A program made the translations under genes and the position numbers. Shown here one piece after another: positions 20,338 through 32,626 of a DNA stretch of 64,000 bases. The notes beneath the pieces are model-generated. The model was given only the letters and a program-made list of their open reading frames with translations. It ran no database searches and was not told the origin of the DNA. Origin of the DNA: a virus. How positions within the stretch are numbered: position 1 is the stretch's first letter; the number at the start of each line of letters is the position of its first letter. The stretch spans positions 26,755 to 90,754 of IMG/VR virus record IMGVR_UViG_3300037467_001462; one strand, 5' to 3'.

Positions 20338-23300
20338 CTTTCGGTCGTGTGTGCACGGGCCGACGTGAACCTGAACGTTTATTCGGGTTTGCGTCGGCTG
20401 AAATAATCAGTATGTGCGAGAACCAGTAGTCGTCCCCCGCAAGCTCCAACAGTTGACTGTCAGCGACCTGACCGTGAACGAAACCGGATTCGTGTGCGCG
20501 GAAGCACTGCTCGCTAACCGATTCACGGGCGAACTGTACATCGAAGAGTCAGCAATAGTCGGCGACGCTGATGATCTCAGCAGCGGGTCCGTCGCTGTGA
20601 CGAAATACCCTCAAGGTTACGTCGTTGCATTCCCGAAAAGCTTCCGAGTCCCACTTGGCGTCACCGGCACCTCCAATTGGCTGCCCGTCATCGACTTCAG
20701 GATCCCCGATGAGTGACGAACCCGAATACAACCTCGTGATGCCCTTCGTCACCTGCGCATCCAAAGGCGGACCACACGACGACACCGCGTACGTCGCCGG
20801 CTGGGAAATGGGTGCCCTCGACATCATTTTGGGTCTCGCGGTCGGTATCGCATCCGAAATCAACCGCACCCTTCGCGTCGAAAACCAGGCACAAGCTGAC
20901 CTGCTCGCCATGAAACACGGATACCACGCCGTATTCGAGGCCATCAACGACGAATGGGTCCACGCACGGTTCATGGAACAAGGCGCCCCAATTGACTGAC
21001 CAAGAGACCACCTATCGTGCCCGCGTGCGTCGAGGGTATCGGGAAACCTGCCGAGAATGCGGGCACGGACACCGGTATTGGGGCGTCTACATCATCGGTC
21101 GCAACGACACCTACACGTGGCTGGCGGCGCAGGGGCACTCTCACATGTGGGCCTCGACAATGAAACTCGCCTACGAACTACTCGACGAGGTACGCGACCT
21201 TGACTGACCGCGACATCGTCGACGAAATCGACGCGCTCGTAGACGCGCAACTCCAGCAAACCCGCTCCGGCTACGACCACAACATCAACCAGGACGACTG
21301 CCCGCACCCCTGGTGCGCCGAGAAGTGGCATGGGCTCGCCATCACCAAACGTATGCAGCAAATGCGTTCCCGGTGGAGTCGGGCGGTCCACTACTACGAA
21401 GACGAGCAGCGCGTCCCCGAGGAAGTCGCCGCGGAACTCGACGCCTACCGGTATGACGAAGACGACTCTGAAATCATCTGCCCCGGATCGACATTTGTGG
21501 GCGAGTTCGAGCCGCCAGAACCACGCAACCAGTGGGGCGAAAGCTATCCAGAGTGGACCGTCAGAGTGGGCGAGGGGTACGTCCGCCGTTCTGCAACCTG
21601 GGACGACGGCGGTTCGCACCTGCCCGTCGAAGTGCAGTTCCCTCGGCCACTCATCGTCAACCCGACGATCACCCTCTTCCGCGCGGAGGAGTCGGGCTGG
21701 CAGGAACTCGGCACGATCGAATCCAGCTCGTTCAGCTTCACAGCGGATGAGTTCGAGCGTGCTGGTGGGATAAGCATCCCTGCGTGGGATTCGAGCGATC
21801 CGGCGAGCAGAGGACTGACTATCGCCCTCCGCATCGATGACGAGGCCGCACGGATCTTCGCGGGCGAATCCGACCGCCTCGGCTATGACGACGGCCGAAC
21901 ACTCACCGCACCAGGGGAACAAGCCGCATGACTGACCGTGTGCGCGATGAGATCGACGAACTCGTGGACTGGCAACTCCGCCACCTCCACGAATACTCCC
22001 GTGACGGTTTCTGCCAATACTGCTCACACCAACGCTTGTTGAACGTGCGCGGATTCTGCCGGGACTGCATGAACGCACTCGACGCCGAATGGGACACCAG
22101 CGAAGAACTCAGCATCCCGGACGACGGCACCTGGTTCGAGGCACCCAGCCTGAACGGGCCATGGATGAAGGCGAAAGACCTCAACGACACCGGAGAAGCA
22201 GCATGACCGATCCACGGCAGGTGCGTCCACGATGGTGGCGACTCGACCCGCGCTCCAAGGTCGAGGTCATGATGGGGCGAGCCGAAGACCCCAACGAATG
22301 GAACCCAGACGCGCCTGTCCGGGTCGAACTCCGCAACTGCTTCAGCATCCGCGAATTCCGACGAAACCGTATCGGCTGGACACCCGAGTTTCTGTACGGG
22401 CCGTGGCACACACACGACCTTGTTCGCTACCGGTGCGCAGACGGATCGGAACTCTGTGCCATGACACGGGTCATCTACGACGACCCACTATTCGAAATTC
22501 ACGCCTACGAGCCGCCTCCGCTCGGCGTCTGGCACGAGATCGAACCACCCGAGGAGATAGCCGCATGACTGGTTTCTGGACCGACGACTACTGGGGACCG
22601 CACACACCCGGACCCGACTGCCCATGTGAGCCAAAGCTTGTCGAGTACGACGTCCCTGGCCTCCCTCCCGATCATGGTCTGTACACGCAAACCGTCGTAC
22701 TCGGGCTGCGACACCGCGGAGTCACCGAAGAAACCGCCCGCTACGAGAACCCGAACGTACCGGAGAACCAAGCATGAACCTGTTCCTGAAACTCGCCGAC
22801 AGAAACGGTGACCCGTTCTACGTCCGCGCAGACAGCATCGACGGAGTAGGACCAGGGCTCGGCCTACACGCTGGCATGACTGCCCTACTCATCCACGGCA
22901 TCAACATCTACTGTGCCGAACCCGTCGCCGCCGTAATCGACGCCATCACCGACAGCCTCACCGGCGACATCATCGAAGTTGAGCAGCCCCGCCCGAACGA
23001 GCCGATGAACGAACTCCTCCACGACACCCTCACCGCCTGGGGTGAAACGATCTCCGCGCAAATCCGGGACTGCACGCCCGAAGCGAAACTCGTTCTAGCC
23101 GTGCACGACAACGCGCCACGCTCCAGTGAGGACGGCCACCCTTATCTGCTGCCCGTCGCTGACGTCGTCCTGCTGCGGAACCTGCTGAACGCAGCCACCG
23201 AACGCGGAGAACTCCCCGAATGACCGACCCGCAGCCGTACGACAACGGCGGAAACATCCCTAAAGGGGGGCGCGTCGTCTCCACCTTCGACGAGTGGACC

Positions 23301-23978
23301 GAATGGGTCGCAAGCCTGGAACAGTGGCGAGACCGACGCCCCCCGATCGCGTACGCGACAGGTGAACTAGCGGACGCGATCCGGAAGCGCTTCGGAGTCG
23401 ACGACAACGCGCCCGTCCGCATCGGTGAACAGTTCAACATGACCCGCATGGGACTCGTCGCGTGGATCGACTGCAACCACACTGACCTCCCGAACCATCG
23501 AGACGCCACCTTCGATGTGCCACGCCGCAACGGCTACGACTGGGGCGCGATCCGCACATGGCTGGAGGGCGGCGAATGACCACACCACTGCCGATGCTCA
23601 CCGCAGAACAGGTCCGGGAATACCTCGCCGGCAGAACCGGATACGCGCCGATCCTTGCTGACCTGCTCCGCCGCCTCTGGCTCGCCGAATCGACCTGCAT
23701 CGACCTCTCAGACCGCGTCGAACACCTGGAACGAATCGCGGGAATCGAGCCATGACCGCCTGGTCTGTGCATTTCTGCCCGCTCGACCCCGATTGCTGCA
23801 TAGCTGGTACACCGTGGCGTCTCACCCTCAACACGCCCTGGGGTGATCTGCTCGTCGCGTTCCGGTGGGGCGACCGCTTCCAACTCTGGCTGCCCTGGAA
23901 AACCCGAGGACTCTTGGGCGGGCGGTCGAACTACTCGCGCTGGTTCACGCCAATCGCATGGCACCCGAGGAGAAACGC

Positions 23979-24323
23979 ATGAACACCGATTGCCCGTTCT
24001 GTGGCCGCATCCAGTGCGGCGAATACGAGCACCTGTACTGGGACCTGCACGGCGATGTCGTCCGCTTCGAACCGCTGAACCCTGTCACGCCGGGACACAT
24101 GCTGTTCGTGCCCGTGCAGCACGCCGAACACCCCGACTGGTCCGCTGTGAGTCGCGCGATGGGTTGGGCCGCGCAATACGGGTGCGCCGACGACTTCAAC
24201 CTCATCACCTCATCGGGTGCGGCTGCCACGCAGACAGTCCCGCACATTCACATCCACTATGTGCCTCGACGCGAAGGCGACGGACTGCACCTGCCGTGGA
24301 CCGGACAGAAGAAGGCCGCGTGA
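23979..24323 (+). CDS. HIT family nucleotide hydrolase
   Basis: CPFC, PVTPGHMLFVP, QTVPHIHIHYVPR. Confidence 0.93.
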   Translation: MNTDCPFCGRIQCGEYEHLYWDLHGDVVRFEPLNPVTPGHMLFVPVQHAEHPDWSAVSRAMGWAAQYGCADDFNLITSSGAAATQTVPHIHIHYVPRREGDGLHLPWTGQKKAA

Positions 24324-24504
24324 TGTTCCACCTCCACACCGACGCTTGCCCGATCCCGCTGCCACTGCACCACGGACGCATGTGGCCGATGTACATCAGC
24401 CCGTTCGCGCCCCGACTGCTCGACCCGAATGTTCAGGAAACCCCTGATGTTCGGTGGGCAACGGAACACGGCAATAACCCGAACACGGAGAACACGAACC
24501 CCGC

Positions 24505-25038
24505 ATGTTGAGCGTCATCATCGCCCTAGTCGTCGCAGGCATCATCGTCCTCATAGCCGCCATCGCAGCCATCTTCGAAGGCCAAGACTTCGGGTTCTTC
24601 TCCGGGCTCGGAGTGTTCGCCGGCGGCACCATCTTCGCAGGAATGATCGGTTTCTGCTGCGGCATGCTGACCGTCGGCATCGGCAACCTCGCCCTCGACC
24701 ACAACGACCACTACAGGACCGTCAACCTCATCGCGTTGCGAGACGGCACCGGACAAACGGGCGAATACTTCCTCGGCACAGGCACAACCGACACCACCGG
24801 CAAATACGTCTTCTACTTCGCCGACAGTGACGGCGCGCGACACCTTGTGAACATCGACTCCGCTGACGTCCGCCTGTACGAGGACAGTCCGAAACCGTAC
24901 GCGATCCAGTACATGGGCTGCGACCTCTCCGCCAAGTGGGTAGGTGCCTGCATCACTGGAGAGCCCAGGTTCGTCGAAATTCATGTCCCCACCGGCTCCA
25001 TCCGCAACCAAGTCGACCTCAACCTCAACGCGAAGTGA
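24505..25038 (+). CDS. Membrane protein
   Basis: Two N-terminal hydrophobic helices. Confidence 0.7.
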   Translation: MLSVIIALVVAGIIVLIAAIAAIFEGQDFGFFSGLGVFAGGTIFAGMIGFCCGMLTVGIGNLALDHNDHYRTVNLIALRDGTGQTGEYFLGTGTTDTTGKYVFYFADSDGARHLVNIDSADVRLYEDSPKPYAIQYMGCDLSAKWVGACITGEPRFVEIHVPTGSIRNQVDLNLNAK

Positions 25039-26644
25039 GCGCCACCATGAATCCTCCTGTCTCATTCCAGCCGTTCGACGGCGGCTGCCAATTCGTCGAC
25101 AAGTTCGGCCGCGTCTACACCGCAACCGGATTCACGATCGAGGCGGGCGACCGCATCGGCGTCGAATCGTCCTACGACGGCCTGTGGTTCACCCTCGACC
25201 GCGACGATCAGCGAAACCGCTACCCACTCCGCGACGAGGGCGGCTGGCACTGCACCGATCTCACCGCGATCCGCGTGTGGAACAACCCGCGCCTGCCCGA
25301 GGAGGCCGTGTGAGCAAGCATCATCGCCTAGTAGCTGAACTGGTCCGGCAACTCGACGACATCGTCAACCTCCGCCGCAACAGCCCCAACGAACTCTTCA
25401 TCGACGCCACAGATGGCGGCGCCACGGTTCTTGACCTCGACGCCATCGCGAAAGCCGTGGAAATGCCTAGTAAGAAGAAGCTGCGGAAGCGGTACCGGAA
25501 ACTCGAAGACCGGTACGAAAACCTGTACAGCAAATTCCAGGACGCAGGCGCGCGGGCGTGGGAAGCGGACCAGGCACGCGACAAAGCCGAACGATGCGCG
25601 TCCATGCTCGAAAACGTGTTGACCCGCTGCACCTCAGCCTGGGAACGGCAAGAGGCACTGTTCGAAAAGGAACTCGAACAAGCCGAAACCGATGTGCGGA
25701 CACTCCTCAACGACATCGGGGAACCCGCCTTCTACGACGGCACACACGAAGCAGGCCGCGTGCGAGCCATGCGCGACCGATACGGATACCCGCGCGACGC
25801 AACACCCGACGACCCGCCGAGACCGGCCGAAGACTCCGCTACGCCGCTCGAATTCAGATCCATATTCGCCGACACCGTAAACCGGCCGATCGACCGGGAC
25901 ATCATCGAACGCGACGGGCGGCGACCCGAAGGCAAATTCGGCAACCCGATGTGGGTCGCAGACGAGGAAGTCGAAGCCGAACGCGAAGCCGTCGAAGCAT
26001 ACTCGCGTGCTCACAACCACGACATGCACCCGTTCTGCCGCGAAACCATCGCCCCAGACGGGACACGACGCGGCGAATGCATGAAAGACGCAGCATGAGC
26101 GCCCTATCCGACTTCCAAGAATCGGTACATCGGTCCGTCGTAGCCGAAGCGAAAGCCCAAGTAGCCAGGCTGAAAGAGGCCATCCCGAAGGCAGACGAAG
26201 CGTTCCAGCGCCTCCCGCTCGCCAGCACCACCCGCGAATGCCCGAAATGCTTGTTCGGGATGCTCACCTACCGGTACCGGGCGTGCACCCACCTCGGCGA
26301 CGACTGGTGGACAGTCCGCGAGGACCCGTACCTCGCGTCCCGCATGTTGATCGTCCGCAACTGTCCGCAATGCGGCGCCGACTGCTTCGAACGACCAGCA
26401 GACAGCATCAATGACTACGAGAGCAATGCAGCGTGAGTAGCGGCCAGCTGCCGCGGGATCCGTTCTTCTTCCCGCACATGAAACACCGCGCCCGGAAACG
26501 ACGACCCACCATCGACGAGGGCGCGTTCATGCGCATGCTCGACATGTTCCCGGACGTGCAGGAAGCATTGGGGGAGTTCGTGAAGCAGATCGCCGCCATG
26601 GAACCAACCTGGCGGGCCTTCGCTGAGGAAGTGAAGAAGGCCGC

Positions 26645-27067
26645 GTGAGACGTCTCCTGATCACGGGCAGCCGCGATTGGGTCGACCGCGGAAAAATGCG
26701 TGCCGCACTCCGGGACGCTTGGCGGGAACTCGGACACGACACCATCCTCGTGCACGGTGCAGCACCAGGCGCCGACACGATGGCCGCCGAAATCTGGACC
26801 AGGGGAGGGCTATCGGTCGAAGCGCACCCCGCCGACTGGGACCGCCCCTGCGACACCAGCTGCTACCACCGGCCACGCGAAAAGAACGGCCGCTCCTACT
26901 GTCCACTCGCCGGCCATTACCGCAACCAACACATGGTTGACCTCGGCGCCGACCTACTGTTGGCGTTCCCGATGCCTGGTTCGCGCGGCACCTGGGACTG
27001 CCTGCGCCGCGCGAAGGTAGCCGAGATACCCAGACGGATCGTCTACTCCCCGGGCTCCGAGAAGTAG
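26645..27067 (+). CDS. SLOG / DUF2493 (YspA-like) protein
   Basis: LLITGSRDW, LVHGAAPGAD, AG..RN..MV, LAFP...SRGT. Confidence 0.88.
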   Translation: MRRLLITGSRDWVDRGKMRAALRDAWRELGHDTILVHGAAPGADTMAAEIWTRGGLSVEAHPADWDRPCDTSCYHRPREKNGRSYCPLAGHYRNQHMVDLGADLLLAFPMPGSRGTWDCLRRAKVAEIPRRIVYSPGSEK

Positions 27068-27462
27068 ACGTCGAACCCGATAATCCGTGTCTTTCCTACA
27101 TGCAGGGCGTAACGCCATTCACGCTCGAAATGCGTGGGCACCTCAACTGCCGAAATGGTGTTGCCGACACGAGCGTTCGGGAAGGCGAGAGTGTGGCCGA
27201 CACCGATCGTATTGCCGTTCGTGTCCACGATCGACACCTCCAGGTCCACTCGTTCGCCCAGGTCATCGTTCCCCGGCGTGATAAACAGCAGCACAGGTAC
27301 AGTCACGGGATTGTCGGGCGCCTCCGAGGCCACGTAGTAGAGCGGTGAGCCGCCAACGACGTCGACCTTGTTCCCGCCTTGACCGGCCGAAAACTTCTCA
27401 GCGAACAGCACGCCTGTGATGATCATGCGCATGAACTCCCAACTTGGAGGGTGAAGCATCAA
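27043..27462 (-). CDS. Hypothetical beta-rich protein (start uncertain)
   Basis: Antisense to the flanking operon; protein-like composition (GNKVDVVGG). Confidence 0.55.
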   Translation of the reverse strand: MMLHPPSWEFMRMIITGVLFAEKFSAGQGGNKVDVVGGSPLYYVASEAPDNPVTVPVLLFITPGNDDLGERVDLEVSIVDTNGNTIGVGHTLAFPNARVGNTISAVEVPTHFEREWRYALHVGKTRIIGFDVYFSEPGE

Positions 27463-27737
27463 CGGTTGACGCCGTCACCGTACGTGGAAGTACCGACACG
27501 TCGGACCAGCAATCACACGCCATGCAGACGTGGCGCGTCCCTGCCCTCAGCGAACCACCACGGATCCTGCTTCGCCACCGCATCCACCCGCGCGAAACAC
27601 GCCGGGCACATGGTGTGACCCGCCTTCGCGTCCACCTCAACCTGCTTGCAGATGTCACATAACCGGGGCTTCGCATCACTCACCACCGGATCCTAACCAG
27701 TCCGACCGACACCGCCAGTTCGACCAGGCAAACGAGA

Positions 27738-27770
27738 AAGCCGCCGCAGGCGGATTGTCTGCGGCGGCTT
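27738..27770. terminator. Strong hairpin, possible terminator
   Basis: AAGCCGCCGCAGG / TCTGCGGCGGCTT. Confidence 0.6.
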
Positions 27771-28127
27771 CGCTGGTAAACCTTGTGCTGGGTTTCTACC
27801 GGTTGATCCGAACCGTGCATGAGGATGGCTGGCTGTAGTTGGCGCTACGACCAGCCCTACGCCCCCGCCTGTGAGAGCAGATCAGGAGCCTCAAACACGT
27901 TCCAGACGAGGATAAACGATCCCTGACATGGGCTGCAACATCACAGTCGCGACTGCTACCCTCAACCAGGTCAAGCTGAAGCAACCCGCGAAGCTGATGC
28001 CCAAAGCTGAGCCCCGGACCCGCGCAGACGGTCCGGGGCTCGGTCGTTTATTCGTGTGCCGATGTCACACCCCCCTCCTAACGTTGACAGCAAGCCCGGC
28101 AACCGGGGAACAACAACGAGGAAAGAG

Positions 28128-28331
28128 CATGACAACCTATACACCAGTGAAAGCATCAGACCTGCCCAAGTACAAGGGGCGAACACTCCGCGAATTCGGC
28201 CTCATGGACGTCTGCGGGTACGTCGAAGGCGTCGGAATCGTCGCCACCGCCGGCACGGGATTCGCCCGCCGCGACTACATCTGGCATCCCGACCAGATCA
28301 TCGAAGTCGAAGACCTCCAAGACGCCCAGTA
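28128..28331 (+). CDS. Small hypothetical protein
   Basis: GAGG RBS before MTTYTPVKAS; followed by a terminator. Confidence 0.6.
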
Positions 28332-28350
28332 GCGACCCGGTGTAAACACG

Positions 28351-28389
28351 AAGAGAGCCCCGGACACGTCCATTGTCCGGGGCTCTCTT
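28351..28389. terminator. Bidirectional terminator between convergent units
   Basis: AAGAGAGCCCCGGACA / TGTCCGGGGCTCTCTT 16-bp stem. Confidence 0.85.
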
Positions 28390-28399
28390 GTCTCGCAGG

Positions 28400-31300
28400 C
28401 TATGCGGCGTTGTGCCGGGCAGCGGGGTTGCTGTCTGCGGGCGGTAATTCTCCGGCCACACTGAGGTACTGGCGTGCGCGCTCGACCGCTTCCGCCTTAT
28501 ACCAGGACGGATGCTGCATCACATACCGCGCCTCGAAAAGAGTCACTGCCCGCTCCTGTCCTTCACGTGCTGTGCGGCCGCGATCAAAGCGGCAGCGAAC
28601 GCGAGAGCGTGTTCCGGCGAGTCGATCGGGTTCTTCACCGACGTCCATGTAATCCGGCCGTCCTGTTGCTGCACATACACCTCAGCGAACTTGCCGATCT
28701 CAGGAACCAGCCAACTCGACTGCTCCAAAGCGCCGACCTCCATCTCCGGCAGCTTCACCACCGCGAAACCAGCATTGAGGACGCGTTCGGCGGCTTCACA
28801 CGCTGCGGCGCGACGATCCGGAAATCCCGCGACGGCCTGCCATGCGCCGTTGTCGCCATCCTCCAACGGCTCCCACACCTCGGGGTCGATGATCGCGGCC
28901 AACTGCTGACTATCCATCTCTCTTGTCCTGTTCCTGTTGATGTTTCGGTTTCCTGCGGTAATCCTTGCCCGACCGGACCGGTGACGCTGCCGACGACGAA
29001 CGCAACCCCTGCCGGCGACGCCACGCAGACAAGTCCGGACGCTCAGGCTCAGTCATTCTCGGGCCGGTAGACGATCGGCCACGTGTGTTCCACTCCGGAC
29101 CGCCAGCTAGCAGAACCCTCAGGAACGCACGTCCGGTATGGGGAATACAGGCTGTTCACACGCACAGCGATGATCCGGCCATCCGGAGAACGGCGCACAG
29201 TCCCGACCGGATCACCTGTCAGAACATCGTTGATGCCATCGATCACCTCGCGGATGGTGCTCTCCGGGAGCCCGGTGCGGTCGACAGTCGCGCGGATCTG
29301 CTTCTCATCGAGCGTGATAGGCACCGAGGCGGTTTGAGGTGCGTCAAGGAAATCTTGGTCGGTCATCTTTTATCCATCGCTAGAAAGTATTGGGGAAGGG
29401 GCGGGTTGGTTGCGGGGGAGCGTCGTTGATCCCGCCACGTCGTTGTGGAGCAACCAACCCAGTCAGGGGGATGGGCGATGACTGCATTCAGCTCTGGATC
29501 AGTCGTTCTCCTGCTCAGTCCAACCCATCGCGATCCGGCCGCCTTCTTCGCGGGCGTCGGACAGTTCGGAAGCGATCATCGACCGCAGGATCCGCAAGGA
29601 CAGCGCGGTTTCGCGTTCGTTGTTGCCATTGGGTTCGGTGGCCTCGGCTCGGGTTGCGTTAGCGAATGCGGCCAAGGCTGATTCGATGCTGTCGGGGATC
29701 GTGGCGATCATCGGGGGCTCCTGTCTCGTCCTGTTGTGTAATAGCATAGACGAAATGTAGTGACAACACAACAGTGTAGCGACAAGAAAACACCCAACCT
29801 CAAACCGCGGCAGAACCCAGGTACTCCAACTCCCACGTCGGATGAAACGGCACCGAACGCTTATCGCCATCCAAACGGATACGCAGATACGGGCCCCTGG
29901 TCCCGGTGATCGTTCCCAGCTGCGGCACCTTCTCACCCGTATACCGAACCCGCCCACCACGCTTCGCCGGCACCCCGTAACTGTCACGCACCCACTGCAT
30001 ACTCACCGGTCGGCCTCGATGACCTCACGGACACTGACTCCGTTGCTCCGGAGTGTGGGCGCCACCTTCCGTGCAATCTCCATTGCGGTGTCGAAGTCGT
30101 GCCGGAACTCAGCCAGCCACTCCGCGGTGCGCTCAGACGAGGTCGACTCCCAATCCGCCTCGCCCGCAGCGTTGTAGCAGCGCTTGAAACGACGGACAGC
30201 CCACTTGTCGTGGCCCGCGTACTCCACGAGCACCGTGTATTCGAAAGCGTGATCGTGGTCGATCGGCAGACACGACACCGAATGCGTTGTGGCGTACTCG
30301 AAAGTCATCAGGCGCGTCATCGCGGGATCTCCTCGGGCTCCCACAGCACGGTCGCTGGCAGTGAGATCCGCTCAGGCAGCAACCGAGCATGATGACCGGG
30401 CGACCACCAAGCACCGTCAAACCGCTCGATCACACCGCGGGACAAGCCGTCAGGGGCCTCCCAGCGGACGACCGTGTACTCCGGGAGCGATTCAAGCTCT
30501 GCGATGGTCTCGATGCGGCGGGGCGGTGGACGCCAGCCCTCCATGTGGTCGAGAACATCAGCTGCTTCGGCGAGGCAATCCGCTGGCCAATGATGTTCGG
30601 ACTTACGGGCGGAAGCCGATGCGCCGTGCCACCGATCCTGTAGTGACTCCCCGTCGGGGATGGCGTTCTCGGAGAGCCGCATTGCCTGCCGGTAGGTGGT
30701 GATCTTGTCCAGGAGTTCGGCGTCGCGGAGGATGCGTTCGGCAACGACGAGGGTGTCCAGGCCGTCCGGCACCGGAGGCGTGCTCCAGACGTGCCGCATG
30801 AGAGCGTGCCGCAATCCGGCGAGCTGGTCGCGGGGTTCGTTACTGGGCATCGGAATCGGTCTCCTCGGGTTTCGGTGTGGTCTTGTCGCCGGATTCGTAC
30901 GGCACTGTCCAACCCAGACGCTGAGCGAGCTGTCGACGTGCTTCGGCGCCGCCCTGCCACCGGTAGTAGTCGTGGTCGGCGTTGGCGTTGCGGCATGCGT
31001 TCACGTACTCGACACGCTGATTGATGAATTCGGCGATCGTTGCCTCCAGTCGGGCGGCCTTCTCGGCGGCATCCAGCAGGGCCGGAAGATGGTTCCGCAT
31101 CCAGGCAATCGCCTCGGCAGTCTCAGTGTTGATGAAGTCAGCAACAACACCGCCGGCGCCCGCTTCGGACGGCCACTTGTCAACAGACATCACGCAATAC
31201 CCGCCGATCAAGTCGTTCAGGTACGGGAACCATGGCGCCGAGACCAGCGCGGCCTCCAGGCGGTGGCCTTCGGCGATATCAGCGGCAGACAACGGATCAG

Positions 31301-32626
31301 GCATCGCGCACCTCCCGCAGCTCGGCGATGATCACGTGCATGTCCTCGTCTTTCGCGAACCGCTCACGCTGCATCTCGGCGGACAGCTTGTCCGTGGCGA
31401 GGTTGCGGGCCGGCAGGATGCCGAACGGGCCGTCGGCGTTCTTCTCGCGAGCCATCGCGATATAGCCCAGCGGGGGTGTCGGTGAGGTGGCCGCGAACCG
31501 TGTCCCGTCCCCGTCGGCGACGATCGGCAACAACTCCCAACCACCCTCAGCCGCGAACTCCTCACGCTCCACACGCCACTCCTCGCCAGCAGGGAACACC
31601 TTGGCAGGCTCCTCCCACTCCGGCCCCTCGGCGCTCACGGCGAAGTAGCGCTTCACGGTGATGTAGGCGTCTGGTTCGGTGGGCGGTTGGTTAGCCTCGC
31701 GTGCGAACGTGATAGCGGCACCGAGAAGATTTCCGGCCGCCGAATTAGCCTTCGCCAGGGCCGATTCCAGTTCGGCGATGCGGGCGCGGGCCTCGGACAA
31801 TTGGATCTCCGACGATCCCCAACGCTTGGCGTTGTTGCTGGCCTGCCGCAGCATGAATTCCGCTTCACCCTGCCAGCGGCGGCGAGAGCGCAGCAGGTGA
31901 CGGATCAGCGACAGGGCGCGGAGATGCCGGGCGCGCTTATCTAGGAGTTCGCGGGCCATATGCTCAGCCGCCCATTCGGCCGGATCGAAGAAGTCTAGAG
32001 CGCCACCCTCCTCGACGATCCTGCGGAGTTCGTCGTCGGTGAGCGGTTCGGGTGTCTGCTCAGTGTTCATGCTGCTACCTCGGCGGGTTTCCAGTAGTCG
32101 GAGAGGGCGGCGCGTTCGACGATGGTGAACGCCCACGTGTGACCGGTAGGGCTGCGGTACATGAGGTGATCACCACTGTCGGCGATCAGGCGGTAATCAT
32201 CGCCAGCCATGACGATCCGGACGCCTTCCAACAGTTCGACCGCTTCCGCATAGTCGTCGCACACGTACACCTCCGGTTCGAGGACGCTGCTGGTTTTCAG
32301 GACCGTGTAACTCATGCGGCGTTGTCCTTCTTCAGGTGGTAGTGGGCGGCCTGCCAGGTGAGGCCGGCCGCGCGGGCTGCTTCGGCTTTGTTCCCGGTTT
32401 CGGCGTATACGCGGCGCAACACGTCGATGCGTTGTTGGCGTTGGGTGGCGGCGATGGAGGTGTTGACACCTTGGGTGACTCGTTTGTGGGAGCGGCCCCA
32501 AATGATCTTCCAAACGGTTTGTTCTGAAACCCCGTAGCGTGCCGCGAGTTTCGGCACCGAGGTGTGTGGGGGCTGGGTGTGGGCTTTGAGGATGGCGCGG
32601 ACTTGACGGTCGGTGAGACGCGGCAT
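28400..32626 (-). other. Leftward block of about 11 small hypothetical ORFs
   Basis: Coupled minus-strand ORFs (e.g. 28543..28917, 29049..29366, 29800..30006, 30317..30850, 30840..31304). Confidence 0.75.
32312..32626 (-). CDS. HTH DNA-binding protein
   Basis: RLTDRQVRAI...LAARYGVSEQTVWKI, second HTH NKAEAARAAGLT. Confidence 0.75.
   Translation of the reverse strand: MPRLTDRQVRAILKAHTQPPHTSVPKLAARYGVSEQTVWKIIWGRSHKRVTQGVNTSIAATQRQQRIDVLRRVYAETGNKAEAARAAGLTWQAAHYHLKKDNAA

Larger units (their letters stand above)
17141..27067 (+). other. Array of about 28 small, mostly translationally coupled hypothetical ORFs
   Basis: Chains of ATGA/GTGA overlaps, e.g. 18361, 18723, 19175, 21928, 22203, 22774, 23220, 25310, 26095, 26433. 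Confidence 0.75.
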
